Assembly (NCBI GenBank): GCA_023953695.1
Contig: JAMLJG010000003.1
Location: 7,012 to 71,011, forward strand
From: Kiritimatiellia bacterium
GTDB lineage: Bacteria > Verrucomicrobiota > Kiritimatiellia > CAIVKH01
DNA: 64,000 nt
Direction: 5' to 3'
Part shown: positions 51,742 to 59,720 of the stretch, piece after piece
How positions within the stretch are numbered: the stretch's first letter is position 1
Layout: each line of letters starts with the position of its first letter
Made by a program: the position numbers and the translations under genes
Notes under the pieces: generated by a model
Databases searched by the model: none
Told to the model about the DNA's origin: nothing
Seen by the model: only the letters and a program-made list of their open reading frames with translations

Positions 51742-52869
51742 TTATTGCTCCGGCCTCACTCGCACCCACACATCATCTCCAACTCGCTCTGCGCTCAAGA
51801 GCTTCCACGCAGGCGCATTCCTCAAGGTCCAGCCCGGTCCGCCAACGGCGGGCACCGCGTTCGCGCCCAACAGCCGGGGGGCATAAAAGAACCACGCTTC
51901 ATCAACCAATCCATCGCGAATTAGAGAACCCGCCAATGCGCCACCCCCCTCGCACAAGACATGCAGCAAACCACGCCGTCCGAGCATCAGCAGCAGTTGG
52001 CGCATTGCAAATTGACCGCGCTTTGTTGGAAGCACCTCGACCTCAACTCCGCGCGCGCGCAGGGAGGCGCGATAGCGCAGCTGGCTGCGAGAACTCGTGA
52101 CTACCAAGGTCTGCCGCCCCAACCCATCCGCAAACAGGCGGCTGCGCAACGGCAAGTTCCCCGCCGCATCCAAAACCACGCGCCACGGTTTTCGCCCGCG
52201 CGAGGGCACAGGAACGAGAGACGGGTTGTCTCTTCGCGCCGTGTTGTGTCCCACCAGGATCGCGTCCACGCGACGTCGCAAATCGTGAACCGCTCGCCGC
52301 GACCCCGGCCCTGTGATCCATCGCGACGCACCGCGCTCATCCGCAATGCGACCATCCAGCGTCAACCCCAGCTTGAGCGTCACAAACGGACGTCCCTCCC
52401 GCATAAGCAGTGCAAAAGGCTCAATCAATTCCTCGCAGGCTGCCCGACAAACATCCGACTGCACTTCGACACCCGCGCGCCGCAATAGGCGAATCCCACG
52501 CCCCGCGTGGCGCGGATTGGGGTCCGTACACCCGATGACCACGCGCGCCACGCCAGCCTCTACAATCGCCTTCGTACATGGCGGCGTTCGCCCCCACGTG
52601 CAGCAGGGTTCCAGCGTCACATAGACAGTTGAGCCACGCGCGCGCTCGCCTGCTTTTCGCAACGCGTTGACCTCCGCATGGGCTCCGCCCGCCTTTTGGT
52701 GATAGCCCTCGGCGATCAATTGCCCCGACCTCACCACAACGGCGCCCACGGGAGGATTAGGTCGCGTCAGTCCCTCGCCCTTGCGAGCCCATTCAAGAGC
52801 CCGCTCCATCCAAACCTCATCCCGACTGGGCAGCGGCGTTCGAGTTGATTTCTTTGTACGGTGATTCAT
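51742..52869 (-). CDS. ribD: Bifunctional diaminohydroxyphosphoribosylaminopyrimidine deaminase / 5-amino-6-(5-phosphoribosylamino)uracil reductase
   Basis: Deaminase zinc motifs (HAEVNAL, TLEPCCTWGRTPPC) plus reductase domain. Start uncertain: 52869 gives a 53-nt overlap with the ftsY 3' end, 52809 gives none. Confidence 0.88.
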   Translation of the reverse strand: MNHRTKKSTRTPLPSRDEVWMERALEWARKGEGLTRPNPPVGAVVVRSGQLIAEGYHQKAGGAHAEVNALRKAGERARGSTVYVTLEPCCTWGRTPPCTKAIVEAGVARVVIGCTDPNPRHAGRGIRLLRRAGVEVQSDVCRAACEELIEPFALLMREGRPFVTLKLGLTLDGRIADERGASRWITGPGSRRAVHDLRRRVDAILVGHNTARRDNPSLVPVPSRGRKPWRVVLDAAGNLPLRSRLFADGLGRQTLVVTSSRSQLRYRASLRARGVEVEVLPTKRGQFAMRQLLLMLGRRGLLHVLCEGGGALAGSLIRDGLVDEAWFFYAPRLLGANAVPAVGGPGWTLRNAPAWKLLSAERVGDDVWVRVRPEQ

Positions 52870-53767
52870 ATCCCAACAATGCATTCACAAATGCGAGCGG
52901 TTCGAATGGAGCGAGATCCTCCATGCCCTCCCCCAAGCCAACATAGCGAATCGGGAGCTTCAACTCTCTTGCGATTGAAAAGAGGAATCCAGCCTTCGCT
53001 GACCCGTCGAGCTTCGCCACAATCACGCCCGTCAATGGCGCAGCCTCGTTAAACATCCGCGCCTGAACAATCGCGTTCTGCCCCAAGGCCGCGTCAAGCA
53101 CGAGCCATATTTCATTCGGCGCCCCCGCGATACATTTCGCCATGGATCGCCGAACTTTCCCCAACTCTTCCATCAGCGGTTGCTTCGTGTGCATGCGACC
53201 TGCCGTATCAATCACCGCAACGTCGCAGCTTCGCGTGCGCGCGGCCGTCAACGCATCGAATGCGACCGCAGCCGCGTCCGCCCCTGTTTGACCGACCACC
53301 GCCTCACACCCGATCCGTTCCGACCAAATGCGCAACTGCTCTGAACCCGCCGCACGAAAAGTATCCGCTGCACCCAAGAGCGGGCGTCGCCCCGCGCGCT
53401 TCGCGAGCCCTGCGAGCTTTGCGCAGGTCGTTGTCTTTCCCGATCCATTAATCCCGACCACAAGAACGCTCAGCAAAGGATCTGCGAACGGCCATGAATA
53501 GGGCTGCACATCTCCTAGCGCGCGCACCAAAAGCTGCCGCAACATGTCCCGGCCATCCACGCGCAAGCCCTTATAGGCCTTTTCCATCTCCGCTGTCAGC
53601 TCAGCCGCCAAGGCGGCAGGCAAATCCGCCAAGAGCAGCGTCGCCTCAAGCTCTTCGAGCGCCTCCGCATCAAGACGCTCACCCTTCTCGCCGCGATTGA
53701 AGACAGAGGCGAGCGCCCCAGCGACTTTCTGGCGCGTGCGCGACAGCGCATTAATCCACGATACCAT
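52817..53767 (-). CDS. ftsY: Signal recognition particle receptor FtsY (short form)
   Basis: NG domain with GINGSGKTTTCAKLAG, DTAGR, conserved SRP GTPase motifs. Confidence 0.93.
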   Translation of the reverse strand: MVSWINALSRTRQKVAGALASVFNRGEKGERLDAEALEELEATLLLADLPAALAAELTAEMEKAYKGLRVDGRDMLRQLLVRALGDVQPYSWPFADPLLSVLVVGINGSGKTTTCAKLAGLAKRAGRRPLLGAADTFRAAGSEQLRIWSERIGCEAVVGQTGADAAAVAFDALTAARTRSCDVAVIDTAGRMHTKQPLMEELGKVRRSMAKCIAGAPNEIWLVLDAALGQNAIVQARMFNEAAPLTGVIVAKLDGSAKAGFLFSIARELKLPIRYVGLGEGMEDLAPFEPLAFVNALLGYESPYKEINSNAAAQSG

Positions 53768-53770
53768 CGT

Positions 53771-54229
53771 TCACCCGGCTGCCGATGCGGATGACTTCGT
53801 TTCAGCGCCTGTGGCTCGCGCCGGGCGTTGGAGATCGCGGCGGGCTCGATCCAAGATGCCGTTCACAAAGCGCCCTGACTCATCCGAACTCAGTTCCTTT
53901 GCCAATTCGACAGCCTCGTTGATCGAAACCACTGGTGGAATATCCGACCGATGCAGCATTTCAAATAGCGCAACCCTCATCACATTGCGATCCACGCCAC
54001 CCATCCGATGAATGTCCCAGTGATCCGCACACTGCTGCAATTGTTTATCGAGCAACGCGCGCTCCGCCTCGACGCCACGAATCAGAGATTCAGCAAATTC
54101 CCGCACCTTCTTGCTGGAGCGGTGATCGCTCCAGAACTGGAGTAGCGCCTCATCCAACTCGCCCGCATTGAAGTCGCGCTGAAATAGAAATTGTACCGCT
54201 AGAGTGCGGCCTTCTCGCCTCGCGCTCAT
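53771..54229 (-). CDS. nusB: Transcription antitermination factor NusB
   Basis: RREGRTLAVQFLFQ... is the canonical NusB fold sequence, ~150 aa. Position after ribH. Confidence 0.9.
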   Translation of the reverse strand: MSARREGRTLAVQFLFQRDFNAGELDEALLQFWSDHRSSKKVREFAESLIRGVEAERALLDKQLQQCADHWDIHRMGGVDRNVMRVALFEMLHRSDIPPVVSINEAVELAKELSSDESGRFVNGILDRARRDLQRPARATGAETKSSASAAG

Positions 54230-54702
54230 AAATGTCCACCGCTCAGCTTCTTAAGTACATTGGCCATCTCAATTGCCGTTTCGGCCACACTCGATCCTCG
54301 GTTGCCCTGCTTTCCGCCCGATCGCTCCATGGCCTGCTCAGTCGTTTGAGCGCCGATCACGCCGTCAATCACCGGAACCCCCGTGTCAGCCGCAATCTGC
54401 GCAATACTAGCTGCCACCTGCCCATTGATGATCCCCGCATGCCCCGTGGACCCCTGAATCACAACGCCCAACGCAATGAGCGCATCATAGGATTTGCTCA
54501 CCGCCATCGGCCGGAGAACAGAAGGCAATTCAAAGGCGCCCGGCACCCAGACAACACTAATGTCGTCAGGGTTGGCTCCGTGGCGCTCCAAGGTTTCCAG
54601 TGCGCCCGCCAGCAAATTGCGCGTGAACAAATCGTTAAATCGGCTAATCGCGATTCCAATTCTTAGGCCCTTCGCCGACGCCTCTCCGATGATAACCTTC
54701 AT
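54226..54702 (-). CDS. ribH: 6,7-dimethyl-8-ribityllumazine synthase
   Basis: GLRIGIAISRFNDLFT...VWVPGAFELP are canonical RibH motifs. Confidence 0.95.
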   Translation of the reverse strand: MKVIIGEASAKGLRIGIAISRFNDLFTRNLLAGALETLERHGANPDDISVVWVPGAFELPSVLRPMAVSKSYDALIALGVVIQGSTGHAGIINGQVAASIAQIAADTGVPVIDGVIGAQTTEQAMERSGGKQGNRGSSVAETAIEMANVLKKLSGGHL

Positions 54703-54714
54703 ATCGCACCTCAT

Positions 54715-56013
54715 CTACATCAAATGACCCAATTTCGCGCGCTTCGTATCCAAGTAGCGCCCGTTATACTTCGTCGGCGGCCGCACGAGTGGAACCCGCT
54801 CCTGCACATGCACGCCATACTCCTCCAAACCAGAAATCTTGCGCGGATTGTTGGTCAGCAGGCGGCAGGTCGAAATCCCCAACGCGCGCAACATCTGCGC
54901 CGCAATCGCGTAATCGCGCGCATCGGCTTCAAATCCAAGTTGTTCATTCGCCTCTACGGTGTCGAGCCCCCTCTCTTGTAGCGCATAGGCTCGGATCTTC
55001 TGTTCGAGTCCAATCCCGCGCCCCTCCTGGCGCAAATACAAAAGAACACCGTTTCCACTCTCCGCAATCAGCTTCATCGCGACCTGCAGTTGCGAGCCGC
55101 AATCGCAGCGCAACGAACCAAACGCATCCCCCGTCAGGCATTCACTGTGAATGCGGACCAGCGGATTCGGGCTCTCATCGGGCGATCCAAAGATCAACGC
55201 CAAATGAGATTTTTGATCGAGAGTCGAGTGATACATCTTCAAACGAAAGGCCCCGAACTCCGTCGGAAGATTGATTTCCTCCTCCAGACGCACCAAGCTC
55301 TCCGTCTCGCGGCGATGATGCGCGATGGCATTGACACTCGTGATCCGCAGCTTGTGCTCTCTCGCGAAGGTCAATAAATCTGCGCGCCGCGCCATCTCGC
55401 CATCCGGGCGCAAAATTTCACACAACACACCCGCCGGTAGAAGACCTGCCAGTCTAGCCAGGTCCACCGCCGCTTCGGTATGCCCCGGTCGTCGAAGCAC
55501 ACCACCATCCATGGCCTCCAGCGGGAAAATATGCCCCGGCCGAATAAAATCTGATGGCCGCGCCTCCGGACTCACGAGAAGGGCAATTGTATGCGCGCGG
55601 TCAGCCGCGCTAATCCCCGTTGTGATTCCCGACCGCGCGTCCACCGACTCCATGAACGCCGTTCGAAAAGAATCCCCACTGCCATACGATCCCATTCGCG
55701 CAATACCCAGTCGGAGCAGCTGCTCGCGCTCCATGGCCGTACAGATCAGTCCACAGCCGTGCCTCGCCATAAAATTGATCGCTTCAGGTGTGACCTTTTC
55801 AGCCGCCACAATGAGGTCTCCTTCGTTCTCTCTCCGCTCATCATCGAGAACCACCACCACCTCACCGCGCCCAATAGCCGCGATAACCTCTGGAACCGGA
55901 TCGAAATCCGACTTCTCTACTTTACCTGCTGCCGCACTTTTCATAGCCATAAAAAAGCCCCAAAGGGCAGCAACTTCGGGGCAGAATACACCACAGGTGT
56001 AACCAATCTTCAT
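54715..56013 (-). CDS. ribBA: Bifunctional 3,4-dihydroxy-2-butanone-4-phosphate synthase / GTP cyclohydrolase II
   Basis: DHBP synthase motif DDERRENEGDLI and GTP cyclohydrolase II motifs (CDCGSQL). ATG 56013 lies inside the riboswitch P1 3' strand. Alternative downstream ATGs at 55950/55944. Confidence 0.92.
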   Translation of the reverse strand: MKIGYTCGVFCPEVAALWGFFMAMKSAAAGKVEKSDFDPVPEVIAAIGRGEVVVVLDDERRENEGDLIVAAEKVTPEAINFMARHGCGLICTAMEREQLLRLGIARMGSYGSGDSFRTAFMESVDARSGITTGISAADRAHTIALLVSPEARPSDFIRPGHIFPLEAMDGGVLRRPGHTEAAVDLARLAGLLPAGVLCEILRPDGEMARRADLLTFAREHKLRITSVNAIAHHRRETESLVRLEEEINLPTEFGAFRLKMYHSTLDQKSHLALIFGSPDESPNPLVRIHSECLTGDAFGSLRCDCGSQLQVAMKLIAESGNGVLLYLRQEGRGIGLEQKIRAYALQERGLDTVEANEQLGFEADARDYAIAAQMLRALGISTCRLLTNNPRKISGLEEYGVHVQERVPLVRPPTKYNGRYLDTKRAKLGHLM

Positions 56014-56164
56014 TTCATCCCGACTTTACGGTCGGCGACAGATGACTCGCCCTATCGAGCTAGCTGACTGTCTCCGTCCTCTATTAGAGGAGTCGCGGGC
56101 TACACCGCCGGTCGGGACTTCCCACCCTCAACGAGAAATGAGTCACCCGGCCCCCGAAGATTGC
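56002..56164 (-). promoter_or_regulatory. FMN riboswitch (RFN element) controlling the rib operon
   Basis: Minus strand reads AATCTTCGGGGGCCGGGTGA...GGGAAGTCCCGACCGGCGGTGTAGCCCGCGA...GCCGACCGTAAAGTCGGGATGAAATGAAGATT, matching the conserved RFN core (CTTCGGGGCAGGGTGAAATTCCCGACCGGCGGT...GCCGACAGTAAAGTCTGGATG). P1 closes with AATCTTC/GAAGATT. Confidence 0.9.
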
Positions 56165-56256
56165 TATCTCGTTGTACATTAAGACCGGGAACCGCCTTTC
56201 GCAAGAGAAGAAAAGCGAGAATTGCGAAACTCCTTCAGAGTCAGTAGGCTGCGCCC

Positions 56257-57162
56257 ATGATCACCGCCCGAATAACCCTTGCCCACCTCCTCGTGCTTTC
56301 AGCATGGACGCATCTTTCCTGGTTCACACTGGCAACCAAATCCGCCCCCCTCCCCGCAAATCCTGAGGCCAGCCCAGCCAGTGCCCCAGAACTGCCATCG
56401 GTCCACCCCCCGCTGTATCAGTTGGCCCCCTCGCCCTCTATCGCTCAACCACCTGCCTCTGCTGCCTCGCGATCTCGCGAACGCCTCAAGCAGCTCGAAG
56501 AAATGTCGGCGACGAATTCCTACTCCAACCCTCTCGTCGGATCGAATCTCTTTGCGCTACAGGCTGACACGGCTCCCACGCCCGATCAGCCCATCCGACA
56601 GGCCGAGCTCAAATTGCTCCGCGAGCGAGTGGACCGAGCCAATCAGCTTTTCAGTCAAGGACAGCAGAATGAAGCGCTCGAACTCATTCTCGACAGCAAG
56701 CGACTTACGCAAGACCCACGGTTGCAAGCGAAGCTGCTGAATCAACTCGCCCTTTACCACTTTCGACTTCAACAGTATTCAAATGCCCTTGATTACGCCA
56801 ACCAAGCCACAGACATCCTCCCCGACGATCTCGCAAGCCAAGCCAATCTCGCCGCCGCTCTCCTCACAACAGGCGAAATCCCCCTCGCCATAGAACTCCT
56901 CCAACACAATTCCGAGCGCATCGCGCTGGCTCCCCGTTTTGCCTTTGTCACCTTCTTCAATCTGGCCTGCGCCCACAGCCTCCAGGGCGACGACGGCAAG
57001 GCCTTCCAATACCTCCGGCGCGCGGCCTATGCCGATCCAGCCTCCACCCTCGCCTCCCTGGGCGATCCCCAGTTGGACGCCATCCGCGACCGACCCGACT
57101 TCCAGACCCTCCGCGATTTCCTCCTCCGCACCCCATCAGGGCCCTCCACTGCGTCGCCGTAA
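56257..57162 (+). CDS. Secreted TPR-repeat protein with Pro/Ala-rich linker
   Basis: Signal-like N-terminus, low-complexity Pro/Ser/Ala region, then TPR-like helical repeats (QNEALELILDS..., YSNALDYANQA..., ...). Confidence 0.6.
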   Translation: MITARITLAHLLVLSAWTHLSWFTLATKSAPLPANPEASPASAPELPSVHPPLYQLAPSPSIAQPPASAASRSRERLKQLEEMSATNSYSNPLVGSNLFALQADTAPTPDQPIRQAELKLLRERVDRANQLFSQGQQNEALELILDSKRLTQDPRLQAKLLNQLALYHFRLQQYSNALDYANQATDILPDDLASQANLAAALLTTGEIPLAIELLQHNSERIALAPRFAFVTFFNLACAHSLQGDDGKAFQYLRRAAYADPASTLASLGDPQLDAIRDRPDFQTLRDFLLRTPSGPSTASP

Positions 57163-57235
57163 TTGCGCTTGAATGCCGCGCTCCGCGCGATTATCTCATT
57201 CCCGTTCCAAACCTCGAACCCCAACCAGGTCTTCA

Positions 57236-57652
57236 ATGAAAAAACGAATCTATCTCTGCGGTCCCATCATGGATGAACACGAGGGCCATGCGCGCGCTTG
57301 GCGTCAACGCGCCAAGGAGCTGCTCTCCAAGAACTTCACGCTGCTCGATCCCATGCGCCGCAACTTCAAAGATCGCGAAGTGGATAGCGCCAACGAAATC
57401 GTTGAGTTTGATCTGCAAGACATTCGCGACGCCGACATCATTCTCGTCAACTACAACAAGAACTCCATCGGCACCTCGATGGAAGTGTTCTATGCCTCGC
57501 ACGATCTCAAGAAGTTCGTCGTCGCCTTCTCCCCCTTCACCTTCAAAGACTCCAGCCCTTGGATGGTGCGCTTCTGCACCAAAATCCACCCCACCCTCGA
57601 GAGCGCCTGCGCCTACATCACGGAGCACTTCATCACGCAGCATCACGCCTGA
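57236..57652 (+). CDS. Nucleoside 2-deoxyribosyltransferase-like / DNPH1 (Rcl)-family 2'-deoxynucleoside 5'-phosphate N-hydrolase homolog
   Basis: MKKRIYLCGPI... Rossmann-like start and IVEFDLQDIRDADIILVNYNKNSIGTSMEVFYASHDLKKFVVAF match the NDT/DNPH1 core including the catalytic Glu in the GTxME context. The ORF-track N-terminal extension is rejected. Confidence 0.65.
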   Translation: MKKRIYLCGPIMDEHEGHARAWRQRAKELLSKNFTLLDPMRRNFKDREVDSANEIVEFDLQDIRDADIILVNYNKNSIGTSMEVFYASHDLKKFVVAFSPFTFKDSSPWMVRFCTKIHPTLESACAYITEHFITQHHA

Positions 57653-57696
57653 GACCAAATGGCACGCGAGTCAAAACGGCCGCAGATTAAACGAAA

Positions 57697-57732
57697 AGCG
57701 CGGGAGCCCCGAGTGCATCGGGACTCCCGCGC
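57697..57732. terminator. Rho-independent terminator, mainly for the minus-strand nrdR operon
   Basis: GCGCGGGAG-CCCG-agtgcat-CGGG-a-CTCCCGCGC hairpin followed on the minus strand by UUUUCGUUUAAU. Confidence 0.75.
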
Positions 57733-57750
57733 TTTCGTCAACCTCCTCAA

Positions 57751-57903
57751 TTAGGTGGTCTTCGTCTTCGGCAAACCGAACGCGCGGTCGCCGTCCTTCC
57801 ACTTGCCCTTCTTCCGCATAATGTCAACGCGCTCATAGCGCTTCAACACATTGCGTTTGACCGTAATGCGAGTGGCCGACTTCAAACTAGGATGCATGGA
57901 CAT
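57751..57903 (-). CDS. Small basic hypothetical protein (50 aa), not in ORF track
   Basis: Minus-strand ORF MSMHPSLKSATRITVKRNVLKRYERVDIMRKKGKWKDGDRAFGLPKTKTT with AGGAG RBS 8 nt upstream of ATG at 57903. Terminator immediately downstream. Confidence 0.6.
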   Translation of the reverse strand: MSMHPSLKSATRITVKRNVLKRYERVDIMRKKGKWKDGDRAFGLPKTKTT

Positions 57904-58041
57904 GGCTTCTATCTCCTAAACAATATTGCCTCCCCCTCATCAGGGCTAAACAGGCAAGCGTTCCCTTGTATCAGACTGGCACTGGCTGTCAACACCCCGC
58001 AGGGCATAAAATTAAGGAAATGCGGCTCGGGGCGTCCTCCG

Positions 58042-58668
58042 CTAATCCACCCACATCACTTCCGGCCGCAGGAAATCTACCGCCTCCCGGTCCACGACCG
58101 CATCCACAAAGGCTCTTCGCTCAGCGCGCGCCGACTCGGTTTCACCCGCAGACCAACCGCGAAAAAGCAACAACCCGCGCCGGTCCGTCATCGCCATCAA
58201 CTCCAGCGCGGTGCGCACCAGCGAGCGCAACACCGGAAGCAAAGCAATGGCCATCGCATAGTTCTCGTCGCGCTGAAACCGACTCCCATCCACGACAAGC
58301 ACCAATCCCTGGCTCAACGAGGACTCCTGCACTGGGCGCAACGATCCCGAAGCCAACGCTTGAATCGCATTCAGCGACAACCGCTCCACGCTCACGTGTC
58401 GCGCCAGCGGAACCGCACAAGGAGCCATGTGCGCAACCTCACGCGCCACCTCCGACTGATTGCACGCCGCGAGCGCGCGCGCATAAAGCAGAAGAGCCGC
58501 TTCCGGTTCGCGCAGGATGCCGCGGTCGCGTTCTTCAAAAAAATGAAGAACAGAATCCCATGCCGCGCGCAGCGCGTCTTTCGATGCAGGGTGCGCGCCG
58601 ATCGCCGATTGAACCAAAGGCTCAATCGCGTGTGACCACTTCAACTCGCCCTGAGAAGGAACAATCAT
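58042..58668 (-). CDS. Hypothetical protein, translationally coupled to nrdR (ATGA overlap)
   Basis: 208-aa ORF with protein-like composition on the same strand as nrdR. No family recognised by eye. Confidence 0.55.
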   Translation of the reverse strand: MIVPSQGELKWSHAIEPLVQSAIGAHPASKDALRAAWDSVLHFFEERDRGILREPEAALLLYARALAACNQSEVAREVAHMAPCAVPLARHVSVERLSLNAIQALASGSLRPVQESSLSQGLVLVVDGSRFQRDENYAMAIALLPVLRSLVRTALELMAMTDRRGLLLFRGWSAGETESARAERRAFVDAVVDREAVDFLRPEVMWVD

Positions 58669-59120
58669 TCGCGCCCAATCAATCCTTCCACTTCGCTCAA
58701 AAACTGATTCACATCGCGGAAGCGGCGATACACAGATGCGAAACGAACATACGCGACTTCATCAAGCTCTTCCAATTTATCCATCACCTTCTGCCCGATC
58801 ACCGTCGAAGGCACTTCGCGCTCATACTCGCTCTCCAATTCATTGACGATGGTGTCCACCAGCGTTTCGATCTGCTGAGTGCTGATGGATCGCTTCTCGC
58901 ACGCGCGCGCAATGCCACTCATCAACTTTTGGCGATCCAACTCCTCGTGACGTCCATCCCGTTTAATTATGCGAAGCCCGGCCTTCACAACCTCTTCATA
59001 AGTCGTGAAGCGATACCCGCACTGCAGGCAAACTCGCCTCCGCCGAATGACATCGCCGTCCCGGACCGTCCGGCTATCAATCACTTTATCGTCCTGATGG
59101 CTACACTTTGGGCATCGCAT
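58665..59120 (-). CDS. nrdR: Transcriptional repressor NrdR
   Basis: MRCPKCSHQDDKVIDSR...RRRVCLQCGYRFTTYE zinc ribbon plus ATP-cone domain. Confidence 0.96.
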   Translation of the reverse strand: MRCPKCSHQDDKVIDSRTVRDGDVIRRRRVCLQCGYRFTTYEEVVKAGLRIIKRDGRHEELDRQKLMSGIARACEKRSISTQQIETLVDTIVNELESEYEREVPSTVIGQKVMDKLEELDEVAYVRFASVYRRFRDVNQFLSEVEGLIGRE

Positions 59121-59234
59121 GGAAAAACCTCGCTACTAGATATAGCGTGTGGCCCAGCCTTTACCCCATTGGGAGGGGGGGTGTCAACTTCTTCCTAAAA
59201 CCACCTTGCCACGCCCGGACCAGTGGCGGTATGT

Positions 59235-59284
59235 AAAAAATGAAATGACGACTCTTTGACTGTGACATCGCGAGTCGTCATTTC
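59235..59284 (-). terminator. Strong rho-independent terminator (13-bp stem) on the minus strand
   Basis: GAAATGACGACTC / GAGTCGTCATTTC perfect inverted repeat with a 17-nt loop, followed on the minus strand by AUUUUUUA. Confidence 0.75.
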
Positions 59285-59324
59285 ACGTCCTGGCTGGAAA
59301 CAGCCAGGATCCTTTTAAGGCAGC

Positions 59325-59393
59325 CTATTTTTTCTTCTTCGCGGCCTTCTTCGCAGGCTTCTTGGCAGCCTTCTTAGCAGCTTTCTTTGCCAT
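59325..59393 (-). CDS. 22-codon Lys/Ala-rich small ORF (MAKKAAKKAAKKPAKKAAKKKK): small basic protein or leader peptide
   Basis: Strong SD GGGAGGGA 5-6 nt upstream of ATG 59393. TAG stop followed by GAAA-tetraloop hairpin (59289-59308) and the terminator above. Confidence 0.4.
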   Translation of the reverse strand: MAKKAAKKAAKKPAKKAAKKKK

Positions 59394-59720
59394 CTGTCAT
59401 CCCTCCCTTCCGTGTTGTTTGTGGTTCTCTTCAGCGATTGATAACGACGACATCCTGGCTATGCGGAGAAATGTCCGCGCATGAATTGGTTGACGACGAT
59501 CAGTTGCTGATCACGTGGCTCTCGATCAGCGATCTCGCGCACGCATCGAGAGCGAAACAAACGGAAAGAAAAAATTGTTAAATCAGAAAGCATAGTCGAA
59601 CGATGTGGAGCGCACGCGTATCTGTCGTTTAGCTGTCATCATTGCTACTCTGTTGACGAGAGAATAGGACCACTCGGAAATGACGTCAACATTCGTGATG
59701 CAAAATGTTGAAACTATTTT

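Noticed and set aside
57892-59198. Two long plus-strand ORFs (57892..58635, 57966..59198) rich in Arg/Pro/His
   Set aside because: Composition typical of wrong-frame translation of GC-rich DNA. The opposite strand encodes NrdR with canonical motifs, plus a coupled downstream gene.
59340-59392. Short-period (12-nt) direct repeats CTTCTTSGCRGSC resembling a micro-array
   Set aside because: Not CRISPR. They are the codon-level repeat of the (A)KKAA peptide motif in the 22-codon ORF on the minus strand. No spacers, no cas genes.
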